Position numbers and translations under genes: made by a program. 64,000 nt of DNA, taken from contig NC_068987.1 in NCBI RefSeq assembly GCF_001194135.2, forward strand, positions 59,788,368 to 59,852,367, read 5' to 3'. Below the pieces are notes generated by a model. That model did no database searches. It was not told the origin of the DNA and saw only the letters and a list, made by a program, of their open reading frames with translations. Shown here piece after piece: positions 37,031-50,782 of this stretch. The stretch comes from Octopus bimaculoides (lineage: Eukaryota). Numbering within the stretch: position 1 is the stretch's first letter; every line of letters starts with the position of its first letter.

Positions 37031-39260
37031 TGTTTCCCCTGTATCTGACGAGGAATGTTACAGGTATCTAGAGGTGGATGAAAATATAACTTACAATGGC
37101 ACCTGTAACAAAACACGTGTCACTAAAGAATATTACAGTGGAATAAAGAAAACTATCTGCATTCAATAAAACAGTGACCCACAATGTGTTTGCAGTGCCT
37201 GTACTCATACCAACATTTGGGCTGCTTGATTGGAGTTTGATGAGATCCAAGCCATTGATGTGAAAACCCGGAAAATACTAACAAGGTCACCTAATTTCCA
37301 CATAAACAGTGACGTAGATCACCACTACCTAAAACGAGACCAAGGCGGCAGAGGCTTAATATCGATCCAAAATGCATTTAAATAACGCATTATATACCTT
37401 CGGCAACATCTTTTAACCGCCAAGTTTGCATACATGAGGCTGATAACATCATAAGACTTGGAAGGTAGATCCTTGAGCAACACTCTTTTTTGATAACCTT
37501 ACATACATGCCGAGAAAAGTCGCACGACTTTACTGTAACATATTATCATATGAAAGGATGAGCTTATATGGGCAGAAGACTATGCATGGGTATGTTGGTA
37601 GTATAACGGTGAATGTTACCACCTTTATAAAGAGGTGAGATTATCTTATTTATATGGTGATTATTCTCCCGAGTAAACTTTTCTAAGTCCACGTCGGTTT
37701 GTCACCAATTTATAACGTTGTGTTGGATTATCTGGCTTAAAATGTTTTTGACTTGGAAAAGATAATAAATATGGATGTTTATTGAGTAGAAATCTATTGT
37801 GCTAAACCCGACACTTGTAACTTAATTATAAGTATTATCACTATACATAAATCTTAATTCAGGCTGCGTAAACGCCGTGATAAATTATATACACTAAGAC
37901 GCTGAAACGTACATGTATGTTGAAGATAAATAAGCTCGTTCTTTTTTCACCGCTATAATAACAGTTTCATAGTTGCAGAAATAAATTTCATTAGCAGGTT
38001 GAAGAAAATGAAATGAAGAAAGAGAAATTATTTACTAAATTTGTTTATTTACTTTCATTTGATATTTGCAGTACATTTATGAGTCAAAAGAAATTTGTCG
38101 TAGAGAGATACGACATAAAATTTATACTCATTCTTCCATACTAAGCTACTAGATTTTTACACAGCAATTCAAAATAGCCTTGTTGAATTAAGTAATAGAC
38201 ATGGCATAAAAGTAGCCTATATCTCAAAGGTATGAGTGTCGTGGAGTCAAGTAACAACCAACGATCACTGATTAATTTCCCAAAAATCAGGGTTTTTATA
38301 ACTGCTTGTACTCGAATTCTAAGAACCGTATTTCGCGAAAGATTTCTCTTTGACGAAGGTTTAGAATTCAAATATGGGCAGCAATTTTAACCAATGGCAA
38401 ACTAACAATTATACCTATTCGGGCAACATGATCATTACCTCATATTACCGCCGATAAAAGTTTATTATTATGACTTGCGTCGCTACAGTAGAACGCTCCG
38501 TGATGATAGTAACGTTGATCATCAAAGCAGTCTATCATGGACCAATAACCGGAATACTACCTCCCACTTTGAAGGCTATGCGTTTACAATCCAAGAACAG
38601 GAAATATCAAACAAGTACCTGATGCACAAAAAGGTTAGAGATGCAGGAAAAGTAGTAAAATGTGACAACCAATGCAGACTTTATGGAGTTCAAACTGAAG
38701 ATAATACCCACATTATAAGCAGTTATCTGAAGATGTCATAACGATATTATCTAACGATGAGACGTGATGTTGTAGGTAGGACACTCTATAATGAAATCCG
38801 TCGGAAAGATAATCCCGAGGACAAAGAAATAAGAACCCACAGTATGGTAAAAGCCATAGCGACCCATAATAAAAAGGAATACTGGTGGAATATGCCAGTG
38901 AAAACCTCAATAAAATATAAGTGCAACAGACCTGATTTATTGATTTGGGATATAGAAGAGAAACTGTGCACAGTTGTGGGAATCAGCTGCCCATCGGATG
39001 TTAACATAAAGCTGAAGATCAGTGAAAAAGAGAATACCTATGCTGAACTATTGAGGTTTATACCTGTAATTATTGAGGCCCTGGGATCTTGAGAAATTAG
39101 GCTCCTCAAAACCAGGAAGGAGAAAGCTAATTCGAAGACTACAGATCCAATCCGTCACTGGAATTGTAAAAATCTGTAAAGCAAAACATAAAAATCCGCA
39201 CATATGCACACATACATACATACATAATACATAAATACATGATACATACATACATACATA
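37031..39260 (+). mobile_element. 5'-truncated R4/Dong-like RLE LINE interrupted by an 887-bp insertion (37599-38485)
   Basis: YRYLEV (YKYLG-like), HYLKRDQGGRGL, CRLYG..HII..RRDVV, NRPDLLIW, GISCPSD. Highly similar to 54585-56224 on both sides of the insertion. Confidence 0.85.
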
Positions 39261-39431
39261 CATACTGTTATGTCCTTATGGATAAACGAATACACTGCAA
39301 CAGTGTAATAATATAATCGAAACAAACGGTAGTAACCAGATGGAGCGTAACAACAATCTTTTAAGAACCAACCGTCCAACACGCTAACTCGAACTGTAAA
39401 CTTTGAACGCCAGCTTTGAACTACCAACATA

Positions 39432-40500
39432 CGAACTCTAGAACTAGCATGATGATTTTATTTAAACCACAAGGGTTAAATAAAGAGGGGACAATACACA
39501 GGACAAATGGGGTCTGGAACTTATCGAATGATATTACATATATGAATAAATATATTACAATTTCAGATAAAAATGAAAAAAAAAAATGAATGGACGCGGA
39601 ATGGGTTTGACCCCAACAGCCACATTCCCGTGTTGTACCGTTTACTTCGTCCTTTTTTCTTTTTGCACCGCTTAATTAGGCACTTACATACCCAACATTC
39701 GGCTACTTTCTTCCATCATTTTTCGTACTTTTTTGACGTCAGGCAATTCTTCTTCAGACATGCTTTCTCTCTTAGGTGATATAAAAAGAGGTTAAACAAA
39801 GTATGCCCGGAAACGTAAGTGCTTGATGCGACACCTCTTTCACGCGTATTCCATATCGCCTCTTTCGCGATAGCTATTACGGTTAGAAAGCAGAATTTCT
39901 CTTCTCCTTTTAGAGGAGACGGCGGAACGATAGAATAATCGATTTGGCTGGCAGCTGTGACAGAACCCAGCTGTGATAGTACCCGTTCGGTAGAAACCCA
40001 CGGGTCCGAGAGACTCAAACACTATATGATTGCATGCAGAACAGCTTAGTGGCTCTGCCCGCAACGTGAGCACGTAGGCGAAGCCGTGACACCGTGCCTG
40101 CAAGGCACTTCGAAGCACAGCCAAGCCAGCGACCTATAGCTGACTTTCATCGAAATCCAGAGTTTCTCCCAAGTCGTCATCATACTTGTTCTCTACCAGC
40201 CCTCTATAGCACGCTGAGGTGGTGCCCCCCACCCCACCCACCGGCATTGCTTGTTCGGGAAAGAAGCACGAGCGCCGGTCGACACTCTGCTTGCCAAGCT
40301 CCCAGCCTTGGTCTACGCCTGATCCAGCATTCCAGTTCACCAAAAGAGGTAAACCTGAGAAATATCTCATCAAAGAACGGAGACCACACCCGCTCACTGT
40401 CCAGGTAGAGCCAGAGATGCCTCAACATCAGCGCATTACTGCGCATCTTTAGCCACAGCATCCTTAATCCACCAATTAGGGATTCACGGCATCCCTAACC
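39432..40500 (-). mobile_element. Tx1/L1-like LINE 3' end (post-RT region, CCHC knuckle, 3' UTR)
   Basis: GGLRMLWLKMRSNALMLRHLW; PTCSRCGQSH*AVLHAII*C; IAKEAIWNTR. The 3' end has AATAAA followed by a short (ATC)n tail. Confidence 0.75.
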
Positions 40501-40549
40501 CCCCACGAATGACGGTTAGGCGTCCTCATTTTGTGTTATGTTCCAATAC

Positions 40550-40842
40550 TCCATTCTGGTGATGAATAATGAACTTCTATTACAGAAAGTTTTGAAAGTA
40601 GTTCAACAGTTTCTTGGAAACTAATCTCACTCCACTTTTTGGGCAGAATAAAGTTACAGTAAGGCTCATGTTCGGCAGAAGCTACCTTGCACAGTAAAAG
40701 CCTTACTTTCTGCTTCTGCGACCATGACTTGCATTTGTTGTTAAAATTTTCCTCGTATCTTCTATAATACGCGGGAAACGTAATACTTTCCTCCGGATTA
40801 TAGGTAAATTAAGAAATTGCGTTAGCCACGCTGTCTGTGAAC
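40550..40842 (-). mobile_element. Gypsy (Mag / K02A2.6-like) gag fragment
   Basis: FTYNPEESITFPAYYRRYEENF...WSQKQKVRLLLCKVASAEHEPYCNFILPKK..EISFQETVELL. Confidence 0.75.
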
Positions 40843-41185
40843 TACTGTCTTTATTTTGGCACTACCGCGACAACACAGAAGGGGACACTACAAGGACAGA
40901 CAGTACAATACAAATCGTGGGGTACATAGAACGAGTGATGGATGAAATGAATTACAATGAATTGATGAAATGGCTCACGGGCCTCCCAAATCTCGCAGCT
41001 TCATTTAACTGTTCTATTTTATACAGTTCTTATACGGTTTTAAGATCTTTTTTTTTACTCTTCAATCATTATATATAGCAGTATATCCTCTGATATTATT
41101 ACTTTTGGCAGATTATTATATCGCACATACAGCTCACTCTCTACAATTTTTTCCGGTTATAACTCTTTCAGTCTTTTCACCATAT

Positions 41186-41675
41186 TCACTTCCACCAATG
41201 CAACTTTTCATATCCTTCGATTATCATCGGATCCAACCTTACTCTTATCAGCCCTTTTGTTTGCGAAATCTTTTTTTCTATCTCTACATCTTTTTCATAG
41301 TACATTAACGTATGGTAATGTTTTCTTATCGTTCTCTCAAAATTCGCTGCTTCGCACAACCTCTCCTCCACCTTCTACTCCCACTCTTCAATTTTCGCCG
41401 TTCTTTCCGATTCTCTTGCATATTTATCTGTATCCTCAGGTTCCTGGGTTCGATTCTCTGTATCATTCTCTTCCACCACTGTCTTCTTTTCCCCTCTCGG
41501 TCCGCGCTCTCTTTCTCTCCGTTGCAACTTCGTCCACATCTTCTTCCAATTCCTCTTTTTCTTCTTCCATCCGTTTTTCCTCTTCCACCTCTATTTCGCC
41601 TTTCACCACTGTTTCTTCACTGACCTCTGTCTCCTCTACCGGTATCTCTATTCGGGGACAGCTGTCTGTGACTAT
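41186..41675 (-). pseudogene. Glu/Lys-rich coding remnant with one frameshift and one internal stop, possibly LINE ORF1
   Basis: IEIPVEETEVSEETVVKGEIEVEEEKRMEEEKEELEEDVDEVATERKRART... then ...KIEEWE*KVEERLCEAANFERTIRKHYH...LHWWK*. Identity not recognised. Confidence 0.35.
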
Positions 41676-41724
41676 TTATCTGTAGTGGTCCAGTTCATTC
41701 TCGCCATGGGATGTTTACTCTCGC

Positions 41725-41868
41725 ACAACACATACATAAATACAAAAATACCCTGTTGTTGATGTTGAAATTTCAGTGAAAGAGCCTTGGATCTAGGTTA
41801 GAAACCGGCTCTTCCTCTCTTGGAAAGAAATCTTGAAATAAAACTAAATAATGACATACATACCTACC
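41725..41868 (+). mobile_element. 3'-UTR-only copy of the R4/Dong-like family
   Basis: Matches 56105-56224 (caaaaatac.ctgtt..tgatgttgaaatt...ggatct.ggttagaaaccgg...aataatgacata). Confidence 0.75.
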
Positions 41869-42734
41869 TACCCAAGGTCTGAACGTCCTGCAACTGCCAC
41901 CATCGAAGAAATCAATGATCGCCTTCACCACATGAGGAATAGGATGAATTGATACACTGTTAATAGTTGTCTGTGACAAGATGTTTAACTAATATAGTTA
42001 AGGAATATTTAGTTGTGTGGGTATGGAAGTATTCAATATTGAGGAAAGAAACTTATTAACTAGTGTATAAAGAACAAGAATTGGCTGAGATGATAGGTTT
42101 TGATATGTATATGCATTATAATATGTTAGTATACATTTTATAGTATGTCACTGCCAGTGTATTATACCATACTCTTCACTATAACAGAGCTAGGTTTAAC
42201 AAACCGAAAATAAGTACTTATGTGGCATAAAAAATACTGCATAAATTAGGAAACCTACATTATGTTGAGATTTTGAGTTTAAATACTTCAAAGTGTACCA
42301 CGACTTGATATAAGTTAAAGAAATTAAACAGTTAACCAGACTAAGAGTAGCCTTACAGTATTTTTAAGGAGTGTAAAATCTATTATTATGCAAGTTGGTT
42401 TTCTATAGATAAACTATATTGCTACAAAATCTGGTGATGATGTTTGAAGATTCAGTCATGAAAGTCATTCATATATTATCGGATAAATAATTTGTTAAAG
42501 AGCGTTTGGAAAGTGTTATTCATTTTCTGTAATTATCGTAATTCATTTCCTTCCAGGATACATTAGTCTTCCTGGTTTATATCAGACAGATTAAATTGAA
42601 CTTGAGCATTTATATTAGATTTACGTTTTCATTATCTGAACTATTATATATTCTTCTTTGACAAACCATACGTTTTCCTAATTGTTATTTATTTATCTGA
42701 AATTATGTTTCTCCAGACTTAAACACAATCTTAC

Positions 42735-42834
42735 TTTGACAGTTATTGTTTATTTCGTAAAACTTTCTAAATTGATAGCATTTATCCTTTACTGGACTTT
42801 GCAGGTTATCTATAGCCTTCTTTTTTATAAAACT
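42735..42834 (-). CDS. Candidate exon, SFIKKKAIDNLQSPVKDKCYQFRKFYEINNNCQ, phase 0 to 1
   Basis: Acceptor tatacactttgcag|, donor AAA|gtaaga, 100 nt open. Confidence 0.3.
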
Positions 42835-44449
42835 CTGCAAAGTGTATAGATATATGTTTTTTCATGAATCAAATAAACGTCCTGTATATGTTCGACTGAT
42901 TTCATACAAATATCAGTCAAATTTTCCTTACATTACCCTGTACAGTCTTAGAAATGAAAGAAGACATTGGTAAACGTAGTCTTAGAAACCCTACACCTCG
43001 CAAAATATAGCTAGACTGTCATGATGAAACTTCTCTTAGTTCATGGTTGACCTGTTGTTAAGAAACTAGAAATCGGTTGTTTTTAGAATATCAACTGCAT
43101 ACTTGAAATAGATTTCAAAATCATTTTTCATCTTTTTACCAAAATTGCCATTTCTTCAGAAAATAATATTATGTATTAGAATTATTATTTTAACAACTGC
43201 ACTATGTTTTGTTTTTGATTAGACAACTATAATTCTTTCAGTGGCAGACGAGATTATTACTGAATTCTGTAAACAAATCAGCGAACAACATTAATGGCTG
43301 CAAACATACCAAGTATCAAATGGATTGGAACAAGATCAGTCTAAGCCATTAACAGAAAGAAAAGAGCAATAATTAAATGAGTCTTTGGGAGATATATGTA
43401 TAGCATGACTATACATATACATGCTGAGACTATAGTACACCAGATTGAGTGGTTTACATTATTTTGTATTCTGCTTCAATCATTTTAGTTTCGGGTTCAA
43501 AAGTGTTCTATCCATAAGTCTTCTCTTTAGATTTAGTGTATCCAGGACAACATTTTCAAATGTGTACCTTTTAAAAGAAAACTTTGTGATTTAAGGAAGA
43601 TTTAGCTACTGTTTCTAAGCAGTTGAGTAGCTCTGTAGAAGTTCTACTAGCAGTCCGATGAACAACAATTATATACAAAGGTCAATTCTATCCACTATTC
43701 TTTTCTAGAATAATAGCTACAAAAGTGTGCTCTAAAAAAAACCCTGTAAACATACAGAAGAACAATGAACTGGCATAAATGATAAAGCGTTGTTTTCAGT
43801 TTCGTCTCCCTCCAAACTGACATCTAGATTCAATTTCTACAGAGTATACTGCATCATTCATTCCCTAAGGTTAGCTTGTACCTGAAAACTTTCGATTGAT
43901 TAGACATGTAATACAGAGATATTCGCCAAGCGAGCGTTTAAAAGGAGCAGATTCTTATATAAAACAAAAACTTCGCATTATTTTTAGTCACAGGTTACTG
44001 TATCTTTTTTAACAAATCTTAATACCTTTGCATAACAAGAACAAGAGCTTATAAGACTAGGTAAAATGAGAATATTATTATAAAGATATATTATAGCACG
44101 CAAGCATTCACACATGTTAAATAAATAGTTTAATGATTCTACAACCATTTTTTAAATTCTAGTGCATGATGCATTGTATTTCAGTTCGTATTCTCACGTT
44201 TTAGGAAATATATTTTAGACTCATTAAAATCAAAAAGGAATATTCATTAAATTTTTCATAAATATAAGCGCTATTCATTAATATATATACACGCACATAC
44301 ATTCATGCACATACACGCACACACATTCATATATATGCGCACATCTACTTGAACAGTTACACACAAATATGTAAATGAAGGTATAGATATTTACATGTAG
44401 GTAGGTAATTGACACTTTGTATGTGTATGTGTATATGTAAGCTTGCGTG

Positions 44450-44499
<50 letters not shown>

Positions 44500-44829
44500 T
44501 GTACGTGTGCGCATGTGTGTGCGGAACCAAATATGTATATAGTTATATATATGTTGTTCTTATATATTGATATACTCAAGCATAATTCACTATGCGTATT
44601 ATAAACCACATGCCCGTAACATTACAAACTACGAAAGCTCTTAGTTTTCTTGTCATTCAGCAATGTAACTATTCATTATCACGCTACAGACATAACACTG
44701 CAAGCTTAAAAGTTGTATAATTTCCGTTGCTTTGACGTTAACAGAATTGAAATGTATATCATTTTCCACTTCTATTTCTATACGAGGTGCTTACACGAAG
44801 ATATAAACTTAATCGAGTAAAAGTGTCAA

Positions 44830-45000
44830 GAAGGTGCATTGGTAGAATCGCTAAACACTCTGCTTTATATGTTCCAACTCCCACCCACGCCTTAAGTTCA
44901 AATACTGGCAAGAGTCAGTTCTGTCCTTTTTATCCTTTCAGACTCTTATAAGTAAAATACCAGGCCAACATCACGTTCGATTCTTTTCAATCGCCCTGGA
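44830..45000 (+). mobile_element. Highly decayed Nin-like SINE
   Basis: ttggtagaatcgcta..gagttcaaatac..cctttttatcctttc..ataagtaaaataccag. Confidence 0.5.
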
Positions 45001-45094
45001 TTGTACTTGTAATTCAAAGGTCTGGTTCTTTTACTTTATGTGACGCTGATTTCCTTTATATGTATTCATTTCTCTTACACGATAAGTCTACGAC

Positions 45095-45441
45095 AAGGTT
45101 AGGGCAGCGGATTCGCGGTTTCGATTCCCAGACCGGCCTTTGTGAGTGTTTATTGAGCGAAAACACCTAAAGCTCCACGAGGCTCCGGCAGGGGATGGTG
45201 GCGAACCCTGCTGTACCCTTCCACCACAACTTTCTCCCACTCTTACTTCCTGTTTCTGTTGGGCCTGTAATTCAAAGGGTCAGCCTTGTCACACTGTGTG
45301 TCACGCTGAATATCCTCGAGAACTACGTTAAGGGTACACGTGTGTGTGGAGTGCTCAGCCACTTGCACGTTAATTTCACGAGCAGGCTGTTCCGTTGATC
45401 GGATCAACTGAAACCCTCGACGTCGTAAGCGACGGAGTGCC

Positions 45442-45483
<42 letters not shown>
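45095..45483 (+). mobile_element. tRNA-SINE (3391 family), slightly 5'-truncated, with (CAA)n tail
   Basis: Near-identical to the reverse complement of 3391-3780. Confidence 0.92.
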
Positions 45484-45484
<1 letters not shown>

Positions 45485-46264
45485 GTCAATGGTGTATATG
45501 GGTGGGAGACGTGAACACCTTGTCTTTAACTACATTTCTTCGTAGATAGAAATGCGCTATAACGCATATTTCTGTGAAGAGCTAAGAACGTATCATATAT
45601 GCATGCGAATCGGCCAATTCGATTTATCTAAGCTCTCCTAAACGATGAGTTTATGAGCAGTCTCTTTGCATTTCAGTAGACACTTATAGAGAGTTTTCAG
45701 CTACTGATGACACCCCGCAAAAACAACTAAACTCGTTCTGCTGATCCCTGTCTTGATGCAACCAAGTGTTACGTTTAAAGATAGTGTTTGTCTCTGTCTT
45801 TACAAACACTTGGTCAAAATTTTAAAACTATCATTTAGGAAAGCATTACATTGCAATAAAATACCGTTAATGTGCCAGTAACCTAGCAGCTTGTATATTA
45901 TTTATTTTATATAATGTATATTACAAGAATAGCGTCGTTGATTACAGATTTCCAAGAAGCTAAACAGTGGTAAACTTCATTTCTGACAGTGAGAGTGCAC
46001 AAGGAGCGTGTATAACTCGAACCAATGGACTTTGTTCTCGCAAAGAGCTACGGGTGAAAAGCACCGCGTTTCCTGCAATGTTTACATTTTTCGTTGGTGC
46101 ACATCATCGAAATAAATAAACACACACACACACAGACCCTTATACACACACACTCATACTCACACATACACACATACACACACACTCACACACAAACACA
46201 TGAGTCTTTGCACGAAATTACTGGTTCACGGCGTTTCTAATGGCAATAGCAGAAAACATTTTAC

Positions 46265-46321
46265 CTGGGTTGCTGTGCAATGGGATCCGATCTCTAAAAC
46301 ACACAGCCATGCATGTTGTAT
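46265..46321 (-). CDS. Candidate exon, IQHAWLCVLEIGSHCTATQ, phase 0 to 0
   Basis: Acceptor tgttttgattgcag|, strong donor CAG|gtaaaa, 57 nt open. Compatible with 42735-42834. Confidence 0.35.
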
Positions 46322-46611
46322 CTGCAATCAAAACATTCAACTTTCAACATCCAGTTTACCCTGTAATAAATGTACAAGAGAGGGAAACACTGCACGCTCT
46401 ATACAGTATAACATTTTGAATGTTATTCAAATCAAGAGTTTGAATTTATGCTTCTCTGAGGCTAAATTTGAAAGAAATGGGTTTCGCAGAGCTGTGTTGT
46501 TTTTAAAACGATACCGATTACTAAAGATTAACTCTCAAAAAAGGTATTCTTTTGCATAACTTTTAATAAGATATTGTTTTACTTCCATGTGACCCCTACA
46601 CGCACACACAG

Positions 46612-46642
<31 letters not shown>

Positions 46643-46922
46643 CGTACATAATGAAGGAAATTGCTGTAAGGAGTGCTCAGGTGCACTACAACTAAAAAAA
46701 GGCCATCAGGTTACTGTTGGCGTGTTGGCGTATTCAACATGTAACCAGCTATGTAACCAGCTATGCTAAAAACACCATCACAGAGTAGAGAGTGTGCCCA
46801 TGTTTCCAGGTAATTTAATATATATATATATATATATCTACATACATACATACATATATACATACATACACACATACATTCATACATACATACATACATA
46901 TATATCAATCTATCTATTTATC

Positions 46923-46972
<50 letters not shown>

Positions 46973-47123
46973 NNNNNNNNNNNNNNNNNNNNNNNNNNNN
47001 NNNNNNNNNNNNNNNNNNNNNNNNNNNNNNNNNNNNNNNNNNNNNNNNNNNNNNNNNNNNNNNNNNNNNNNNNNNNNNNNNNNTATGTATGTATGTATGT
47101 ATGTATGTATGTATGTAGAGATA

Positions 47124-47483
47124 GGAGGCGCAATGGCCCAGTGGTTAGGGCAGCGGACTCGCGGTCATAGGATCGCGGATTCGATTCCCAGACCGGCCCT
47201 TGTGAGTGTTTATTGAGCGAAAACACCTAAAGCTCCACGAGGCTCCGGCAGGGGATGGTGAACCCTGCTGTACTCTTCCACCACAACTTTCTGTCACTCT
47301 TTCTTCCTGTTTCTGTTGTACCTGTAATTCAAAGGGCCAGCCTTGTCACACTGTGTTACGCTGAATATCCCCGAGAACTACGTTAAGGGTACACGTGCCT
47401 GTGGATTGCTCAGCTACTTGCATGTTAGTTTCACGAGCAGATCAACTGGAACCACCGACGTCGTAAGCGACGGAGTGCCAACA
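47124..47483 (+). mobile_element. tRNA-SINE (3391 family), full head
   Basis: A box TGGCCCAGTGG, B box GATTCGATTCCC; body matches 45095. Confidence 0.92.
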
Positions 47484-48629
47484 CACATGTAGAGATTGAA
47501 AGAGAGAGATAAACAGATAGACAGACATACAAACAGATAGGTAAAACCCACACAAATAAAACAAGTAAATTATGAGACAAGAATGAGATAAACAAAGACA
47601 TGTGAAGCATGAAGTCAGACAAGTAAACCACGCAGCTGAAAGGGTGGAGAAAATGCGTTTGCTTGTCTGATATCTGGTAGAATTTCTTTGTGTCCTCTTT
47701 TTCCATGATCTATCTCGTTTATTCAATTCTTATCTGCTTACGTCCGTACGCCTACACAGAAGTAGGACCGATTCTAGCAAATACACATACATACACGCAC
47801 ACACTCACAGACACACGCACTCATATACATCCCAGGGTATCCGCGAGACGTAAGTTAGAACTAAATTCCTGTGTTAACTAGTGGCATAGGAAAATAGATC
47901 ACATGGGAACCAACAATAACTGTTGAGAGTCAGTTGACAGCACGGAAAGAGACAACTGTGGCAACTCAGATGCAACAATACGATTAGCAAATCCATTCCT
48001 GCAAAGAATGAACTATATAAAGCACACCTGCAGATATTGCATAAGTGGGTAAGATGTGACTTAAGAATATGAACCCAAGGCATCGAAAACGAAAAAGAAT
48101 ACAAGTTGCATCTTCAGCTTTAAAATCCAGAAAGAAATATCCGGAGAAAAGGGGGGGAAAGCACAACGTACAAGATTACATCCTGCTGAGAGGCAGTTGA
48201 GATACGATCAGCAGTCAATTTATGGTGCCGAATCACTCCATATGTCTGAACCCCCGAATTCCATGCAAAGAAGTCCAGCAGATGAAATGACCATCAACAA
48301 GCAACAGCAGTGAAGAAGTGTGTCTACACAGTACTTCAACGAGGGTCGGTTTTTCCCCATTGGCCTGCTGTCTCGGGCTTTGAAGCTGAGGAGATGAAGG
48401 TCAATTATTTCTTTTGTACTCATTTCGATAAATCAAAGCATGCCACTAAACATCTACTCACATATCTAATGTGTTTATGCATATATGTACACATAGTTGG
48501 ATGGCCCATTGGCTTCCCTGAGTTCATATGTTCTTTGGCAAGTCTTGCTGTTCATGCTAGGAATGTGTAACGAGAACTGGGCCTTTGAATTGCGTGTACA
48601 TCCCACTCCATTGGATTCTATACTATTTC

Positions 48630-48770
48630 CGTCAATCCAATTTCATTCATAATGCTTGGGTCGATCTGAGACTATGCTAAAACAATTACCCACGATATAA
48701 CACATCGGGATCGAACCTGGAACTTTAAAGTTGAAAGCCAAGTATCTTAGCCTCTAAGTAATGCTTGCGT
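48630..48770 (-). mobile_element. Decayed SINE of the 9139 family
   Basis: ccgtcaatccaatttcattcataatgcttgggtcga..gactatg..cgggatcgaacctggaac. Confidence 0.55.
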
Positions 48771-50711
48771 TCATTACTTTCGTTTACAATTAGATGGACT
48801 TGGCAATTTGTTCTTTATAATATCGATATATTAAGTACCAGATAAAGTGCTGAGATCGTTATAATCGACAAAAATCATTGAATTTGATACGCCAGTATGG
48901 CAGTAGTCCTAATATTAAAACAATGAGATTGGTTAAAGAAAATGAAAATTTGTCACTGAATTAATATCTCGATACACATCTCTTTTCCTTTGAATCGACC
49001 TATTTCCCTTCTTTCTTTTTCATCTGTCGCCCTTTTGAAGTAGATAAAATAATATATACCAATCTTTATTTAATCCACTATACGATTTCCTCCTTTAACA
49101 CAATTTGCGACGTGACTATTCAAACAAAAGACACTTATACAGATTAATGGCTTTCTAATAACTTGAGGCACCATCTCTTTCCAACAAGTCTGCATTTACA
49201 GTATCACTGTTCACTCACTAAAAACGTTTTAACCAATTTGTAGTTGTCTAAAAACTATTCAAGTGCCACTTGTAAGTGAGTAGAGTATTGTAAGAACTAT
49301 TTATATGACACTTGCAAGCGAATGGAATGTTTTGTTATTATAATTCAGGTAGTTTGTATCTTTTAACATTATTTCAAATGATCTGTTAGAAAACTGGGGT
49401 AATATGTTGAAACTAAGATTTACTAGACTGCATTAAAGTAGCGTCTAAGTTAGGTGAATAACATTTTTAGATTGATAGACGTCGAAACCTCTTGTGCTTT
49501 ATTTTTATTAAACCGAGAAAGGAAAGAGCCTGAGGATTCATAAATTAGGATTGATTCTAGAATTCCAAGAACACTTGTTTATTGATCAAGTTCGGGGGCG
49601 ATTTGAGAATCATGTCTAAAACTATTTAATTAGTTAGTTTATCTGCAAGTATAGCAGGAATCAGGAGAAATGTGTTGCTAATGAATAGTCAAATACAAGT
49701 GATATGCCTCTTTAAAATATTCTAGAATTACATGTAAATCACGATTTACATTGATTAGTCAAATTGCATTGCGCGCGCTCACACACACACACATACACGT
49801 GCACACACACGTGCACGCACACACACACACATACACATATACACACATATACACACATATACACACATACACACACACATACATACATACATACATACAT
49901 ACATACATGCATACATACATGCACATGAATATTTTATCAGTGTTAAAAATCCCCACGAAAAGCTCGCTATAAGCTTTAAATAAATTATACACTCTACATA
50001 ACCGTATATTGAGTTCTTAATTGAACTATGGTCTTTCTCGGTCTGCAAATGGTATAACCCATATAAATAGATATTTACACACATATCTCTCAGTATACAC
50101 ACACACACATATACACGCGCGCACGCACACACACACGCATTAATATATATATATAAAAGAGATAAATTATTCTGGCGTGAGTGATAGACCCTTGATGAAA
50201 TTGCAATGACTAGAATGCATAATTGCATACAAAACAATGTGAAGTCGCTGCAGTCGAAACATATGTAGGTCAGATGTACATGGTGCGGAAGACTTTTAAA
50301 TAAAGAAGTTTTCGCCTCGATGTCANNNNNNNNNNNNNNNNNNNNNNNNNNNNNNNNNNNNNNNNNNNNNNNNNNNNNNNNNNNNNNNNNNNNNNNNNNN
50401 NNNNNNNNNNNNNNNNNNNNNNNNNNNNNNNNNNNNNNNNNNNNNNNNNNNNNNNNNNNNNNNNNNNNNNNNNNNNNNNNNNNNNNNNNNNNNNNNNNNN
50501 NNNNNNNNNNNNNNNNNNNNNNNNNNNNNNNNNNNNNNNNNNNNNNNNNNNNNNNNNNNNNNNNNNNNNNNNNNNNNNNNNNNNNNNNNNNNNNNNNNNN
50601 NNNNNNNNNNNNNNNNNNNNNNNNNNNNNNNNNNNNNNNNNNNNNNNNNNNNNNNNNNNNNNNNNNNNNNNNNNNNNNNNNNNNNNNNNNNNNNNNNNNN
50701 NNNNNNNNNNN

Positions 50712-50782
<71 letters not shown>

